From assembly GCA_001779315.1 (NCBI GenBank), contig MFJU01000042.1, positions 747-64,746 of the forward strand: a stretch of DNA of 64,000 nucleotides. Direction: 5' to 3'. Positions 8,470-16,875 of the stretch are shown here, one piece after another. Every line of letters starts with the position of its first letter. The stretch's first letter is position 1. The position numbers and the translations under genes are program-made. This stretch comes from Candidatus Gottesmanbacteria bacterium RIFCSPLOWO2_01_FULL_42_22 (GTDB lineage Bacteria > Patescibacteriota > Microgenomatia > 2-02-FULL-39-11). The notes under the pieces are model-generated. The model did no database searches. It saw only the letters and a program-made list of their open reading frames with translations, and was not told the origin of the DNA.

Positions 8470-9408
8470 ATGAAAGCTATACAGATTAATAGATACGGCG
8501 GAAACGATGTTTTGGAACTTAACAATAATGCTCCAAAGCCCACCATAAAACAGGGGCAAATATTACTGGAAAATTACGCAGCCAGCGTAAATCCAATTGA
8601 TTGGAAGTTCCGGGCAGGATATTTGCAGAAAATGGCACCGGTTCCTTTGCCGGTTACTCTTGGAGGGGATTTTGCAGGCAAAATCTCAGAAGTAGGAACA
8701 GGTGTTTCTGAATTTAAGGTAGGTGACGAGGTATACGGGCAAGCAATTATTTTAAATGGTGGTTCCGGATCATTTGCTGAACAAGTTTCAGCAAATGCCG
8801 AAAATACCGCTCTTAAACCAAAAACAGCGAGTTTCGAGGAAGCAGGAGCTTTGCCACTTGTTGGAGTCAGCGCTTTGCAAGCTTTAGGAGAGCATATCAA
8901 ATTGAAAAGTGGGCAAAAAATCCTTGTCCATGGTGGAGCAGGAGGTATTGGACACATGGCGGTCCAATTGGCAAAAGTGTTTGGTGCATATGTTGCAACA
9001 ACCATAAAGACAGATGATGTGGAGTTTGTAAAAAATCTTGGTGCGGATCAAGCGATTGATTACAAAACTCAAAAATTTGAAAATATTCTTAAAGACTTTG
9101 ATGCGGTTTTTGATACAGTAGGTAGTGAAACAACAGATAAATCATTTGGAGTTCTCAAAAAAGGAGGAGTAATTGTATCTATGTTTGGAGAGCCGAATCA
9201 AGAGTTGGCACAAAAATATGGAGTTACTGCTATTGGGCAAGGAACACGAACTGATACTGTTCATTTAGCTCGCATCGCAGAAATTGTTGATAGTGGAAAA
9301 ATAAAAGTGCATCTTGATAAAGTTTTTTCGTTCGAAAACGCGAAAGAAGCATTTATATATCAGGAAGAAGTTCATCCTCGAGGTAAAGTTGTCATAAAAA
9401 TCAAATAA
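8470..9408 (+). CDS. NADPH:quinone oxidoreductase (MDR / zinc-ADH superfamily)
   Basis: MKAIQINRYGG...GGAGGIGHMAVQLAK Rossmann motif; 312 aa. Confidence 0.75.
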   Translation: MKAIQINRYGGNDVLELNNNAPKPTIKQGQILLENYAASVNPIDWKFRAGYLQKMAPVPLPVTLGGDFAGKISEVGTGVSEFKVGDEVYGQAIILNGGSGSFAEQVSANAENTALKPKTASFEEAGALPLVGVSALQALGEHIKLKSGQKILVHGGAGGIGHMAVQLAKVFGAYVATTIKTDDVEFVKNLGADQAIDYKTQKFENILKDFDAVFDTVGSETTDKSFGVLKKGGVIVSMFGEPNQELAQKYGVTAIGQGTRTDTVHLARIAEIVDSGKIKVHLDKVFSFENAKEAFIYQEEVHPRGKVVIKIK

Positions 9409-9429
9409 ATACCGGTCTTTTTGTCTTTT

Positions 9430-9468
9430 TAACCCCATCCCTTCTCAGTCTCAATTCTCCTATATACC
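9430..9468 (+). repeat. intergenic repeat copy I (left-end fragment only)
   Basis: AACCCCATCCCTTCTCAGTCTCAATTCTCC resembles the 5' end of copies B and F. Confidence 0.45.
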
Positions 9469-9514
9469 TTGTTGACATCATAGTGGACATACTATATGAT
9501 ATTTACATATAGAT

Positions 9515-9889
9515 ATGCCAAAAGTAACAATTTCAAAACCAAGATCATTTGGTAATGTTGAAAAGTTTATTGAGCCTTGTATTCTTCTTCTTTTATCTAA
9601 AGATTCCTCTCACGGGTATGGTCTCATGGATGGTTTGGGGAAACATTGCGGTCACAATGTTGATATCGGCAATCTTTACCGCACGCTACGTAAGATGGAG
9701 AAAAATAAATGGATAGTTTCCGACTGGCAAAAGAATAAGATAGGACCTGATAAACGGACATACAAAATTTCTCCAAACGGAGTGACGATATTACACGAAG
9801 CGGCTTCATCGCTTAAAACCGCACAGCGTCTTCTCTCCCGGTTTCGAAATGGTTATAACAGGATTTATGATAATGGAGTAACTGTATGA
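9515..9889 (+). CDS. PadR-family transcriptional regulator
   Basis: LLLLSKDSSHGYGLMDGL...YRTLRKMEKNKWI pattern. Confidence 0.6.
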   Translation: MPKVTISKPRSFGNVEKFIEPCILLLLSKDSSHGYGLMDGLGKHCGHNVDIGNLYRTLRKMEKNKWIVSDWQKNKIGPDKRTYKISPNGVTILHEAASSLKTAQRLLSRFRNGYNRIYDNGVTV

Positions 9890-10209
9890 AGCTTACAATT
9901 GTGCTTTCCACAACTCATACAGAAACCAACTGGAATGCTTTAAGACTAGCCAATCTGGCTTTGAAAAAGGGAGATGAGGTGAGTTTATTTCTTTTAGGTG
10001 AAGCAGTTGAGTATGAAAATGCCAGTAGTGATAGGTTTAATATAAAGCAGCAAATTGATACTTTTCTAAAATCAGATAAAGCAAAAATTGTCGCCTGCGG
10101 AACCTGTATGAATTTAAGAAACCAGGAAAGCACGCAAACCTGTCCTAGGGGAGGATTGGAGGATTTTTATTCTCTTATATCAACAAGTGACAAAGTATTA
10201 ACATTTTAA
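9886..10209 (+). CDS. DsrE/DsrF-like protein
   Basis: 107 aa; KIVACGTCMNLR; overlaps the PadR stop. Confidence 0.55.
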   Translation: MKLTIVLSTTHTETNWNALRLANLALKKGDEVSLFLLGEAVEYENASSDRFNIKQQIDTFLKSDKAKIVACGTCMNLRNQESTQTCPRGGLEDFYSLISTSDKVLTF

Positions 10210-10217
10210 ATTACAGA

Positions 10218-10832
10218 ATGAAAAAGTTAATCGTACTCGTTTTGCTTGCTGCATTTCTTATTAATCCTTCTGCAATTTTTGCCCAACCAATGACAGGTAA
10301 GCAATTTCAATCTGCTACTGATGATCATACAGCCGGTGAAGAAGCGGAGGGAAAAGAAATATGGGAAAGATTACAGTCGAAGCAAATAATTTGCAATGAA
10401 CTTTCATATGGAAACTTCGGTTCTTTAGGAGAATACTATATGGGTCAAATGGTAGGAGATACCGGCAGGCATGCAGTGATGAATCAAATGATGACGGCAA
10501 TGTTAGGAGAGACAAGCGAAGAAAAGATGCATGTAGTAATGGGGAAAAGAATGAGCGGTTGTTATACCGGGACGAAGGGAGGTGGTAATCCGATGATGGG
10601 TTATGGTTGGAATAACATGATGGGCGGTTGGGGAGGTTTTGGTTTAGGCTGGGTATTTATGATTTTATTCTGGGCGCTGATTATTTTGGGCGTAGTTGGA
10701 CTTATTCGTTATTTAAGCGGGCAACACAATGCGGATAAGGGTAAAACCCCTCTGGATATTCTTAGAGAACGCTATGCAAAAGGCGAGGTAGACAAAAAGG
10801 AATTTGAAGAAATGAAGAAGGATTTAAGATAA
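10218..10832 (+). CDS. secreted/membrane Gly/Met-rich protein with C-terminal SHOCT domain
   Basis: Signal peptide; TM helix; C-terminal LRERYAKGEVDKKEFEEMKKDL. Confidence 0.5.
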   Translation: MKKLIVLVLLAAFLINPSAIFAQPMTGKQFQSATDDHTAGEEAEGKEIWERLQSKQIICNELSYGNFGSLGEYYMGQMVGDTGRHAVMNQMMTAMLGETSEEKMHVVMGKRMSGCYTGTKGGGNPMMGYGWNNMMGGWGGFGLGWVFMILFWALIILGVVGLIRYLSGQHNADKGKTPLDILRERYAKGEVDKKEFEEMKKDLR

Positions 10833-10876
10833 AATTTTTAAGAAAATCAGACCGGGTTTGCAGTCTCTTTATCTCT

Positions 10877-11242
10877 TCATAACCTTTTATTGGCCATTGC
10901 ATCAGCGCGTTTTTTACCCCAGTCACAGGCAAGTTTTAGAATAGGTGTTAAAGTTTGTCCTGCAGGTGTTAATGAATATTCAACTTTTGGAGGAATTTGT
11001 CTATATATTTTTCTTGAAACGATATTATCTCCTTCGAGTTCCCGTAGCTGGCGAGTCAGCATCCTTTGACTGCAATCTGGTATAAGTTTTCGCAATTCTC
11101 CAAATCGCTTTTTGCCATCAACTAGGTTCCAAAGAATTAGTGTTTTCCACTTGCCTCCAATTAACTCAAGTGTAAATGCAATGTAGCAGAAGTAATTTTT
11201 ATCCCCGACAGTGAAGTTTGCCATTGGTATACAAAATGTCAC
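10877..11242 (-). CDS. HxlR-family transcriptional regulator
   Basis: LELIGGKWKTLILWNL...RMLTRQLRELEGDNIVSRK. Confidence 0.7.
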   Translation of the reverse strand: MTFCIPMANFTVGDKNYFCYIAFTLELIGGKWKTLILWNLVDGKKRFGELRKLIPDCSQRMLTRQLRELEGDNIVSRKIYRQIPPKVEYSLTPAGQTLTPILKLACDWGKKRADAMANKRL

Positions 11243-11320
11243 TATACAACAATTTTGTGCGTACTTGCAAGAATAAAATTAGGGTTTAACATAAATAAAA
11301 GATAAGGAGGTGAATATAAA

Positions 11321-11683
11321 ATGGATAAGAAAATGGAAGTAAAAAATTTTACCTCTCCGGATGAAGTGAGGACATTCGAAAAGGGAAAGGTAGAACTGGT
11401 TAAAATCGGAGGCGCAATGGTTGGCAAAGCAACTTTTGAACCGGGATGGAAATGGTCTTTACATGTAAAATCACTGGCTAAAACTGAATGGTGCGAAGCT
11501 CCCCATTTCCAATACCTTATTTCGGGAACATTACACGTAGTAATGGCTGACGGTACTGAAACAGACTTAAAACCCGGCAGTGTATCCCTGCTGCCATCAG
11601 GCCATGATGCTTGGGTGGTTGGAAACGAACCGGTAGTTGGGGTAGATTTTCAGGGAATGGTTGACTACGCAAAAAAAGCTTAA
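11321..11683 (+). CDS. cupin domain protein
   Basis: 120-aa cupin_2-like; divergent from HxlR; Shine-Dalgarno AAGGAGG upstream. Confidence 0.6.
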   Translation: MDKKMEVKNFTSPDEVRTFEKGKVELVKIGGAMVGKATFEPGWKWSLHVKSLAKTEWCEAPHFQYLISGTLHVVMADGTETDLKPGSVSLLPSGHDAWVVGNEPVVGVDFQGMVDYAKKA

Positions 11684-11785
11684 AGACCAAATTATTAGAA
11701 TACACAACGTATATGATTGCAAGTAGCCCATCGGAAAAATTCGAAGGGTTGCTTTATGAAAAATTAACTATTGTCCGGATTGCAG

Positions 11786-11900
11786 TTTCCTAATCTTCTC
11801 CCACTGTTGTCGTAATTCCCCAATAATCTTCAAGTCCTGAAAAACCCGGATTATTGAGGTAAAATCGCGGGTTTATTAATCCTCAGGTACGGGGAGCATT
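11786..11900 (+). repeat. intergenic repeat copy J (left module)
   Basis: CTTCTCCCACTGTTGTCGTAATTCCCCAATAATCTTCAAGTCCTGAAAAACCCGGATTATTGAGGTAAAATCGCGGGTTTATTAATCCTCAGGTACGGGGAGCA. Confidence 0.85.
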
Positions 11901-12006
11901 TGATATCCCTCTGTTTGGAGTCAGGATGGTGTGAGCTCCCGAATGAGGGATTATTTAAGGAGAAAATAGAAAAAGAAAATGACTAAATTTGAAGCTAAAA
12001 GAGAAC

Positions 12007-12034
12007 CGTCCCCTATACTACGTCCCCTATACTA
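12007..12034. repeat. tandem 14-bp direct duplication CGTCCCCTATACTA x2
   Basis: Seen directly, immediately left of the GC-richer 12.1-14.9 kb segment. Confidence 0.7.
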
Positions 12035-12107
12035 TAATTACAGTTAACCTGATATTTCGTAATAGGAAGCCGAAATAGGCAGTCTCTCACTGCTGGGCTC
12101 AGCTGTC

Positions 12108-12695
12108 TTACCAGTCTTTCGGATCTGACCAGTGGGTTCTAGCCATCACCGCTACTTCGAAATTCGGATCATCTTTGGCTTGTAATCCAACCTTTGCTAC
12201 CGGATTGTTTCCGCCTCCGAAATTTCTGGTGACCACTTTAGCACCAAGGCTGTCCGCTGCAGAATTTGCACTCTCCAGCAATTTATCCAGCAAGCCCTGC
12301 GGGTCATCAGTGACGAAATCCAGATGCATCCCTCTCACGCCATTGCCTTCTTTTCCGGCTCTATGGAATTCAACGAATATATCTTGGCCGCCCTCAACCG
12401 GAATCCTCAGGTATCTTCTGAAATGGGTGACGCCGCCGGCAACCAGGTTATTGGCGATAAGCTTGTCACCGAATTGGCCTGTTGCTTCTTCAAATGATTT
12501 ATTATCGGGATAAGTTATGCCGATGTGATGGTAAAAAGTAGGGTGACCGGCTGCCCATTCGCTGACAGGAGTCAGCAGGGCATTGAGAAAATCAGGTCTT
12601 TCGATAATTTTTTCCGCAGGGCTCATTCCCTCCCTGATGGTTTCGTCTCTTAACCCGGTAATGGAGCTGACTGTATTTAAAATATTTTCATTCAT
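12108..12695 (-). CDS. hypothetical protein
   Basis: 195-aa ORF in a locally GC-richer segment; no family recognised. Confidence 0.3.
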   Translation of the reverse strand: MNENILNTVSSITGLRDETIREGMSPAEKIIERPDFLNALLTPVSEWAAGHPTFYHHIGITYPDNKSFEEATGQFGDKLIANNLVAGGVTHFRRYLRIPVEGGQDIFVEFHRAGKEGNGVRGMHLDFVTDDPQGLLDKLLESANSAADSLGAKVVTRNFGGGNNPVAKVGLQAKDDPNFEVAVMARTHWSDPKDW

Positions 12696-12721
12696 AGAGT
12701 TTTATATAATATTGATAATGA

Positions 12722-13723
12722 TTACCGGACGACCCTTACCTCCAGGGGCAGCTCGATATTATGTTCTTTTAATACTACTTCCTGGATTAAGTCCGCGACT
12801 CTTAGATAACCCTCTGCCGAGCCGCTGCCTGTATTCCCGATAATATTGGCCGTAGATTTTGCATGGACCATTCCGCCGATCATGATAGTCTCCGGAAGTC
12901 TTCCGGTCATGCCGATAAGCTGCGTGGCCGATATTCCGTTGTATCCGGGATGGTTAAGCACGAATGTATAACCCAATGTTGCGCCGACCGACCACGGGTT
13001 TTTTTCCTTGTTCTTTTTCCTCATTTCCTGACGGCCTAAATTGATGACCGTTCTGGCTTTGGCGATTTTTTCCGGATCTCCTTCTGCCAGCTGGAACATC
13101 ACGTTAAGGACTATTTTTGTATTATCCGGTTGCGAAAAAACACTTTGGCGGTCATGCATTTCCAGCTGTGACGTGTCCATCCGCACGACATCACCGTTTT
13201 CATCGACAACCTCGACCCAACTCAAAACCTGTCTTATAGATTCAGGCAGTTCGGTATCAGTGATCCCAAACGCTTCGAAGATTTTCGTATAGTTATGAAT
13301 CGGATGCCAGGCATCCGTCACTACCGCCCCGGCTGTGCTGCCGGGAATATCCCTGGCAAATTCCAGTCCGGTTAGATTACCACTTGCCGATTCTCTGGAA
13401 ACTGCCGAAATTTTAGTTCCGCCCCCCGCGCAGATTTGTGCGGTTCCTATATTCAGATGGATACCGTTCATCTTACGGCTGTCAATTACGACAGTTTTCA
13501 TGGGATCCAGTTCGGTACCCATTAAAAGCGTATTGCTGCCACCGCCGTGAACATGAAAGGTCTGCTGGTGATCATTAAGCAGCCGGTGTAATGTGGAAGC
13601 CTGTTCTGTATTGGGATAGACAACCAGCTGCGCCCGGCTTTTGAGCAGGGTTGAGCTTACTTCCGCATTATTGACAAAATCAATACCCAATGATTGCAGG
13701 CCTGTCTCCAGTCTTGAAAGCAT
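12722..13723 (-). CDS. murB: MurB-like FAD-binding oxidoreductase (UDP-N-acetylenolpyruvoylglucosamine reductase family)
   Basis: HVHGGGSNTLL and LTGLEFARDIPGSTAGAV motifs match the MurB FAD-binding domain; C-terminal MurB_C-like region. Confidence 0.6.
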   Translation of the reverse strand: MLSRLETGLQSLGIDFVNNAEVSSTLLKSRAQLVVYPNTEQASTLHRLLNDHQQTFHVHGGGSNTLLMGTELDPMKTVVIDSRKMNGIHLNIGTAQICAGGGTKISAVSRESASGNLTGLEFARDIPGSTAGAVVTDAWHPIHNYTKIFEAFGITDTELPESIRQVLSWVEVVDENGDVVRMDTSQLEMHDRQSVFSQPDNTKIVLNVMFQLAEGDPEKIAKARTVINLGRQEMRKKNKEKNPWSVGATLGYTFVLNHPGYNGISATQLIGMTGRLPETIMIGGMVHAKSTANIIGNTGSGSAEGYLRVADLIQEVVLKEHNIELPLEVRVVR

Positions 13724-13930
13724 AGACCTATAATATACACATATATATATTATAAGTCAAACTATAAATGATTACCCGAAATTACTTTAATATCTGGAAA
13801 TAAGCATTATTAGTTGACCTTTATGAAAATATATGATAAAATCAACGAACCTTATAATAGAATTTATAAGGTTATTTAATATAATAATGTATCCCTCAGT
13901 AAGTCGGGGGATTTTTTTAATAAACGAAAT

Positions 13931-14887
13931 ATGTTCAAAGGCGAATTACAACCGGACGGAGTCTCCCTGATAGCGGGACCCTGTTCCATAGACCCGGAAA
14001 ATGTCCATCAGATTTACCAGATGGCCGATATCCGGATCAGGAACAAGAAAGGTGACTGGGTGCCCGCCCTGGCCGGAGCCAGGATTGTCGGCCTTAAATC
14101 AAGGACGGAATTCAATGCCACAGGTGATGGAATGGGTATCGATTTTCAGATCCTTGACGGTTTTATAACCAACAAAAATATCGGTGAGACCCCTCCCAGT
14201 GTCCTGATGGCTAAAGAATTCATAAAGGAAACCGGCATGGGCACTGCTGCGGAAGTCATGATCCCTGAAGCTCAAATGTACTATTATGAACAGAATCTTT
14301 CCAAAGGCAAGTTTTTTCCCTGGACTCCTGCCGTAAGCGCACTCGGTTGGCCGGCCAGGCAGATAGGCATCACCGCAGCCAGAAATGACTGGACTGTCGG
14401 GCTGAAGAATCCTAAGTGGCTTGGCCAGAGCCTGGATGACATCGAAAAAGGCAAATGCCAGACAATGAGTTCCATGGAAAAAACCTGGCGTGGCCTGGCT
14501 AATTTTGCCTCTTCTGCGGGTGCGGAAATCGCTTTCGTACACAGGGGTGTCGACATAGATGGCAAAGGAAAAATGAGGAATGCGCTGGTTCATGAAATAG
14601 TCCGGAGTCTAGCCAGGACTGCCCCTCAGACCGGCCGGTATTTTGACCCCAGCCACAGTTATGGACCTGACATGCAGGACTGCATAGTCGCCGAAACAAT
14701 CAGGACAATGAAGATGAGGGTAAACGGTGACAACGGACCGTATCTTTATACCGGCATATTGGTCGAAGTGGGTGATTCCACGACCGATACCAAACAGCAT
14801 ATCTCAGTCAGCGATTTGCAGAACTTAGCCAGGGAAATTTCTCAATTTAGGCCTTTTATTGTCCCCAAATCACATTACCTAATGTAA
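13931..14887 (+). CDS. DAHP synthase / KDO8P synthase family PEP-aldolase
   Basis: LIAGPCSID, VGLKNPKW and DPSHSYG motifs characteristic of class I-beta DAHPS/KdsA family. Confidence 0.55.
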   Translation: MFKGELQPDGVSLIAGPCSIDPENVHQIYQMADIRIRNKKGDWVPALAGARIVGLKSRTEFNATGDGMGIDFQILDGFITNKNIGETPPSVLMAKEFIKETGMGTAAEVMIPEAQMYYYEQNLSKGKFFPWTPAVSALGWPARQIGITAARNDWTVGLKNPKWLGQSLDDIEKGKCQTMSSMEKTWRGLANFASSAGAEIAFVHRGVDIDGKGKMRNALVHEIVRSLARTAPQTGRYFDPSHSYGPDMQDCIVAETIRTMKMRVNGDNGPYLYTGILVEVGDSTTDTKQHISVSDLQNLAREISQFRPFIVPKSHYLM

Positions 14888-15044
14888 GTCTGCAGTCAGT
14901 TCGGGGTAGCAATTCTAAATTTCAGCACGATTGTTTCCAAAAGGGATTCTCATAACTTCATTATTGTTCTCCGGTGTCAGTACATCCTTATTATTATGCT
15001 TATCTGTTTGTGGGGGATATCATTAGCAAATCCATTATTTCAAT

Positions 15045-15263
15045 GTGTCCGTTGTATGGAGGAGATTTAATATCAGCGACAGAATGATTCAGAAAATCAT
15101 CGGGGAAGAGGCAACAGAGACGGTTATTGCGGCTAAAAATAATAAGAAGAAAAGAATTATTGAAGAAACTGCTGATTTATTCTTCCACTTGCTTGTACTT
15201 CTTTCTCAATTTGATATAAAACCGGATGAAATGGAAATGGAATTACAAAAGCGGAAAAAATAG
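15045..15263 (+). CDS. HisE/MazG-like NTP pyrophosphohydrolase fragment
   Basis: GEEATETVIAAKNNKKKRIIEETADLFFHLLVLL resembles phosphoribosyl-ATP pyrophosphatase. GTG start; too short for full HisE, so possibly truncated. Confidence 0.4.
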   Translation: MSVVWRRFNISDRMIQKIIGEEATETVIAAKNNKKKRIIEETADLFFHLLVLLSQFDIKPDEMEMELQKRKK

Positions 15264-15289
15264 CTTTTAAAATTTAATATGTAGGTAGT

Positions 15290-15483
15290 AGCTTCCTAAT
15301 CTCCTCCCACTGTTGTCGTAATTCCCCAACCTGCCTGCCGGCAGGCAGGTATACTTCAAGTCCTGAAACACCCGGATAATTAAGGTGAAATCGCGGGTTT
15401 TTTAATCCCAGGGACGGGGAGCACATTCACTTCGTTCAGTATAAACAATTTCTACGGATTTCTTTGGGTTTCATCGGAATTTC
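15290..15483 (+). repeat. intergenic repeat copy K (full, with palindrome 15330-15349 and 24-bp insertion at junction)
   Basis: CTCCTCCCACTGTTGTCGTAATTCCCCAACCTGCCTGCCGGCAGGCAGG...CGCGGGTTTTTTAATCCCAGGGACGGGGAGCA...ATTTCTACGGATTTCTTTGGGTTTCATCGGAATTT. Confidence 0.85.
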
Positions 15484-15916
15484 ATTTGACGTCTTTTTGG
15501 AGTACATCTTTAAGAAAATTCCTTGCTTTCATAATTTTAATTCCCTCATAATCTCCAATATCAAGTAAATCTCTGTCTCCTGAAATTATATATGAAGCAG
15601 ATCCTTCTATTGCTGCTGCGATAAATTTATTATCATCGGGATCATCCTTGACGATGTCAACTTCTAAAGCTCCGGAAGTAATTATTGTTTGAGTTGATAG
15701 TGCTTGAATCATATCTTGAATGTCCTCAGGTTTAAGAAAGAAATGAGATTGTATTTCTTTCCGATCCAGGACTTCTTTTATTTCTGAAAGAATTGGAATT
15801 GAAGTGATTAATAAAAATTCTTTCTTACGCCATCCCTCAAGTAAACGATGGGGTATAGTATTTGATTTAGCGGTACCGGAAATAACCAGATTTGTATCAA
15901 TAACCACTCTTAGCAT
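15482..15916 (-). CDS. PIN-domain toxin (VapC-like)
   Basis: VVIDTNLVISG N-terminus, conserved acidic residues; overlaps the upstream antitoxin. Confidence 0.7.
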   Translation of the reverse strand: MLRVVIDTNLVISGTAKSNTIPHRLLEGWRKKEFLLITSIPILSEIKEVLDRKEIQSHFFLKPEDIQDMIQALSTQTIITSGALEVDIVKDDPDDNKFIAAAIEGSASYIISGDRDLLDIGDYEGIKIMKARNFLKDVLQKDVK

Positions 15917-16211
15917 GTTTTGTTCTTCTGACAGCTTTTACAGCCTCATTTACAATCCGTTCCACTTCTTTAGCAGGGATGCCTTTTGTCCTGGCACGAA
16001 TTCTATCAAAAACTTTAAATCCTTTTTTCCATTCCTCATTGGTGAATCTTTTAGTGGGATCTGTTAAAAATTCATACTCTTTGTAATCTATAAGAACAGC
16101 CTGGGGTTTATTAAAGCGGGTGATAATCACTTTTGTTTTCCCATAGACAGCAGTATTCAGTATCTCTGAGAACTTGTTTCTGGCATCCTGAGCGCTTACT
16201 GTTTGTGTCAT
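15897..16211 (-). CDS. Phd/YefM-type antitoxin
   Basis: SAQDARNKFSEILN...VIITRFNKPQAVLI. Confidence 0.65.
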   Translation of the reverse strand: MTQTVSAQDARNKFSEILNTAVYGKTKVIITRFNKPQAVLIDYKEYEFLTDPTKRFTNEEWKKGFKVFDRIRARTKGIPAKEVERIVNEAVKAVRRTKHAKSGY

Positions 16212-16320
16212 AAAATCCTCCTGTAGGCTACATACTAGTACAAAATGTAAGTATTGTCAAGAAGTTACAAAATAGACAGAGAATTGCTACCAAAAGCTCA
16301 TTTAGAATTTAGAATATTTC

Positions 16321-16458
16321 AGCTTCTTTATTTCCTCCCATCTTAGCCTAAACTCTCCAACCTGCCTGCCGGCAGGCAGGTATACTTCAAATTCTAAAAA
16401 GCCCGGATAAGTGAAGTGAAATCGCGGGTTTATTAATCCTCAGGAGGGGAGCAGGTTG
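16321..16458 (+). repeat. intergenic repeat copy L (left module with palindrome 16361-16380)
   Basis: ...CCAACCTGCCTGCCGGCAGGCAGGTATACTTCAAATTCTAAAAAGCCCGGATAAGTGAAGTGAAATCGCGGGTTTATTAATCCTCAGGAGGGGAGCA. Confidence 0.8.
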
Positions 16459-16551
16459 GTTCTTGCGCAAAGGGATTGCGCCTGAGGCAGAATACATAAA
16501 TTGACTTTCATGCCTAGTTTTGCCAAACTATTTATAAAGGAGGTGATTTAA

Positions 16552-16743
16552 ATGAATATGAATGCAATGTTTAAAGAATGTGTGAAACCGCACGCACTTG
16601 TACATTCACTTACGGGAGCTGCTGTTGCTTTTTTACTTTTATATTTTGTCCCGGGCTTAATTGATAAGCTATTAGTGCTCGGCATAATATTATTTGTTGC
16701 AGCCTTTATTTTGGAGTTTTTTGTTAACCCAGCACGAAAATAA
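16552..16743 (+). CDS. small membrane protein
   Basis: 63 aa with two hydrophobic helices; Shine-Dalgarno AAGGAGG upstream. Confidence 0.3.
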   Translation: MNMNAMFKECVKPHALVHSLTGAAVAFLLLYFVPGLIDKLLVLGIILFVAAFILEFFVNPARK

Positions 16744-16875
16744 TAATTTAAGAAGCGATTAAAAATGTTCCCCTTGCAGCGTTTTTCCATCCAAAGTCAT
16801 TAAATTATCTCCGATCATATTCGGAACATGTGCTGCAAGTCCTATTCCTGCGATTGGGCTAAACGCATCCTTAAC

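Noticed and set aside
1-16800. Canonical integron attC sites (R'' RYYYAAC ... R' GTTRRRY) and an intI gene
   Set aside because: I could not find convincing R''/R' cores in either orientation of the repeat, and no integrase-like ORF lies in the window. The region is therefore described as cassette-array-like rather than as an integron.
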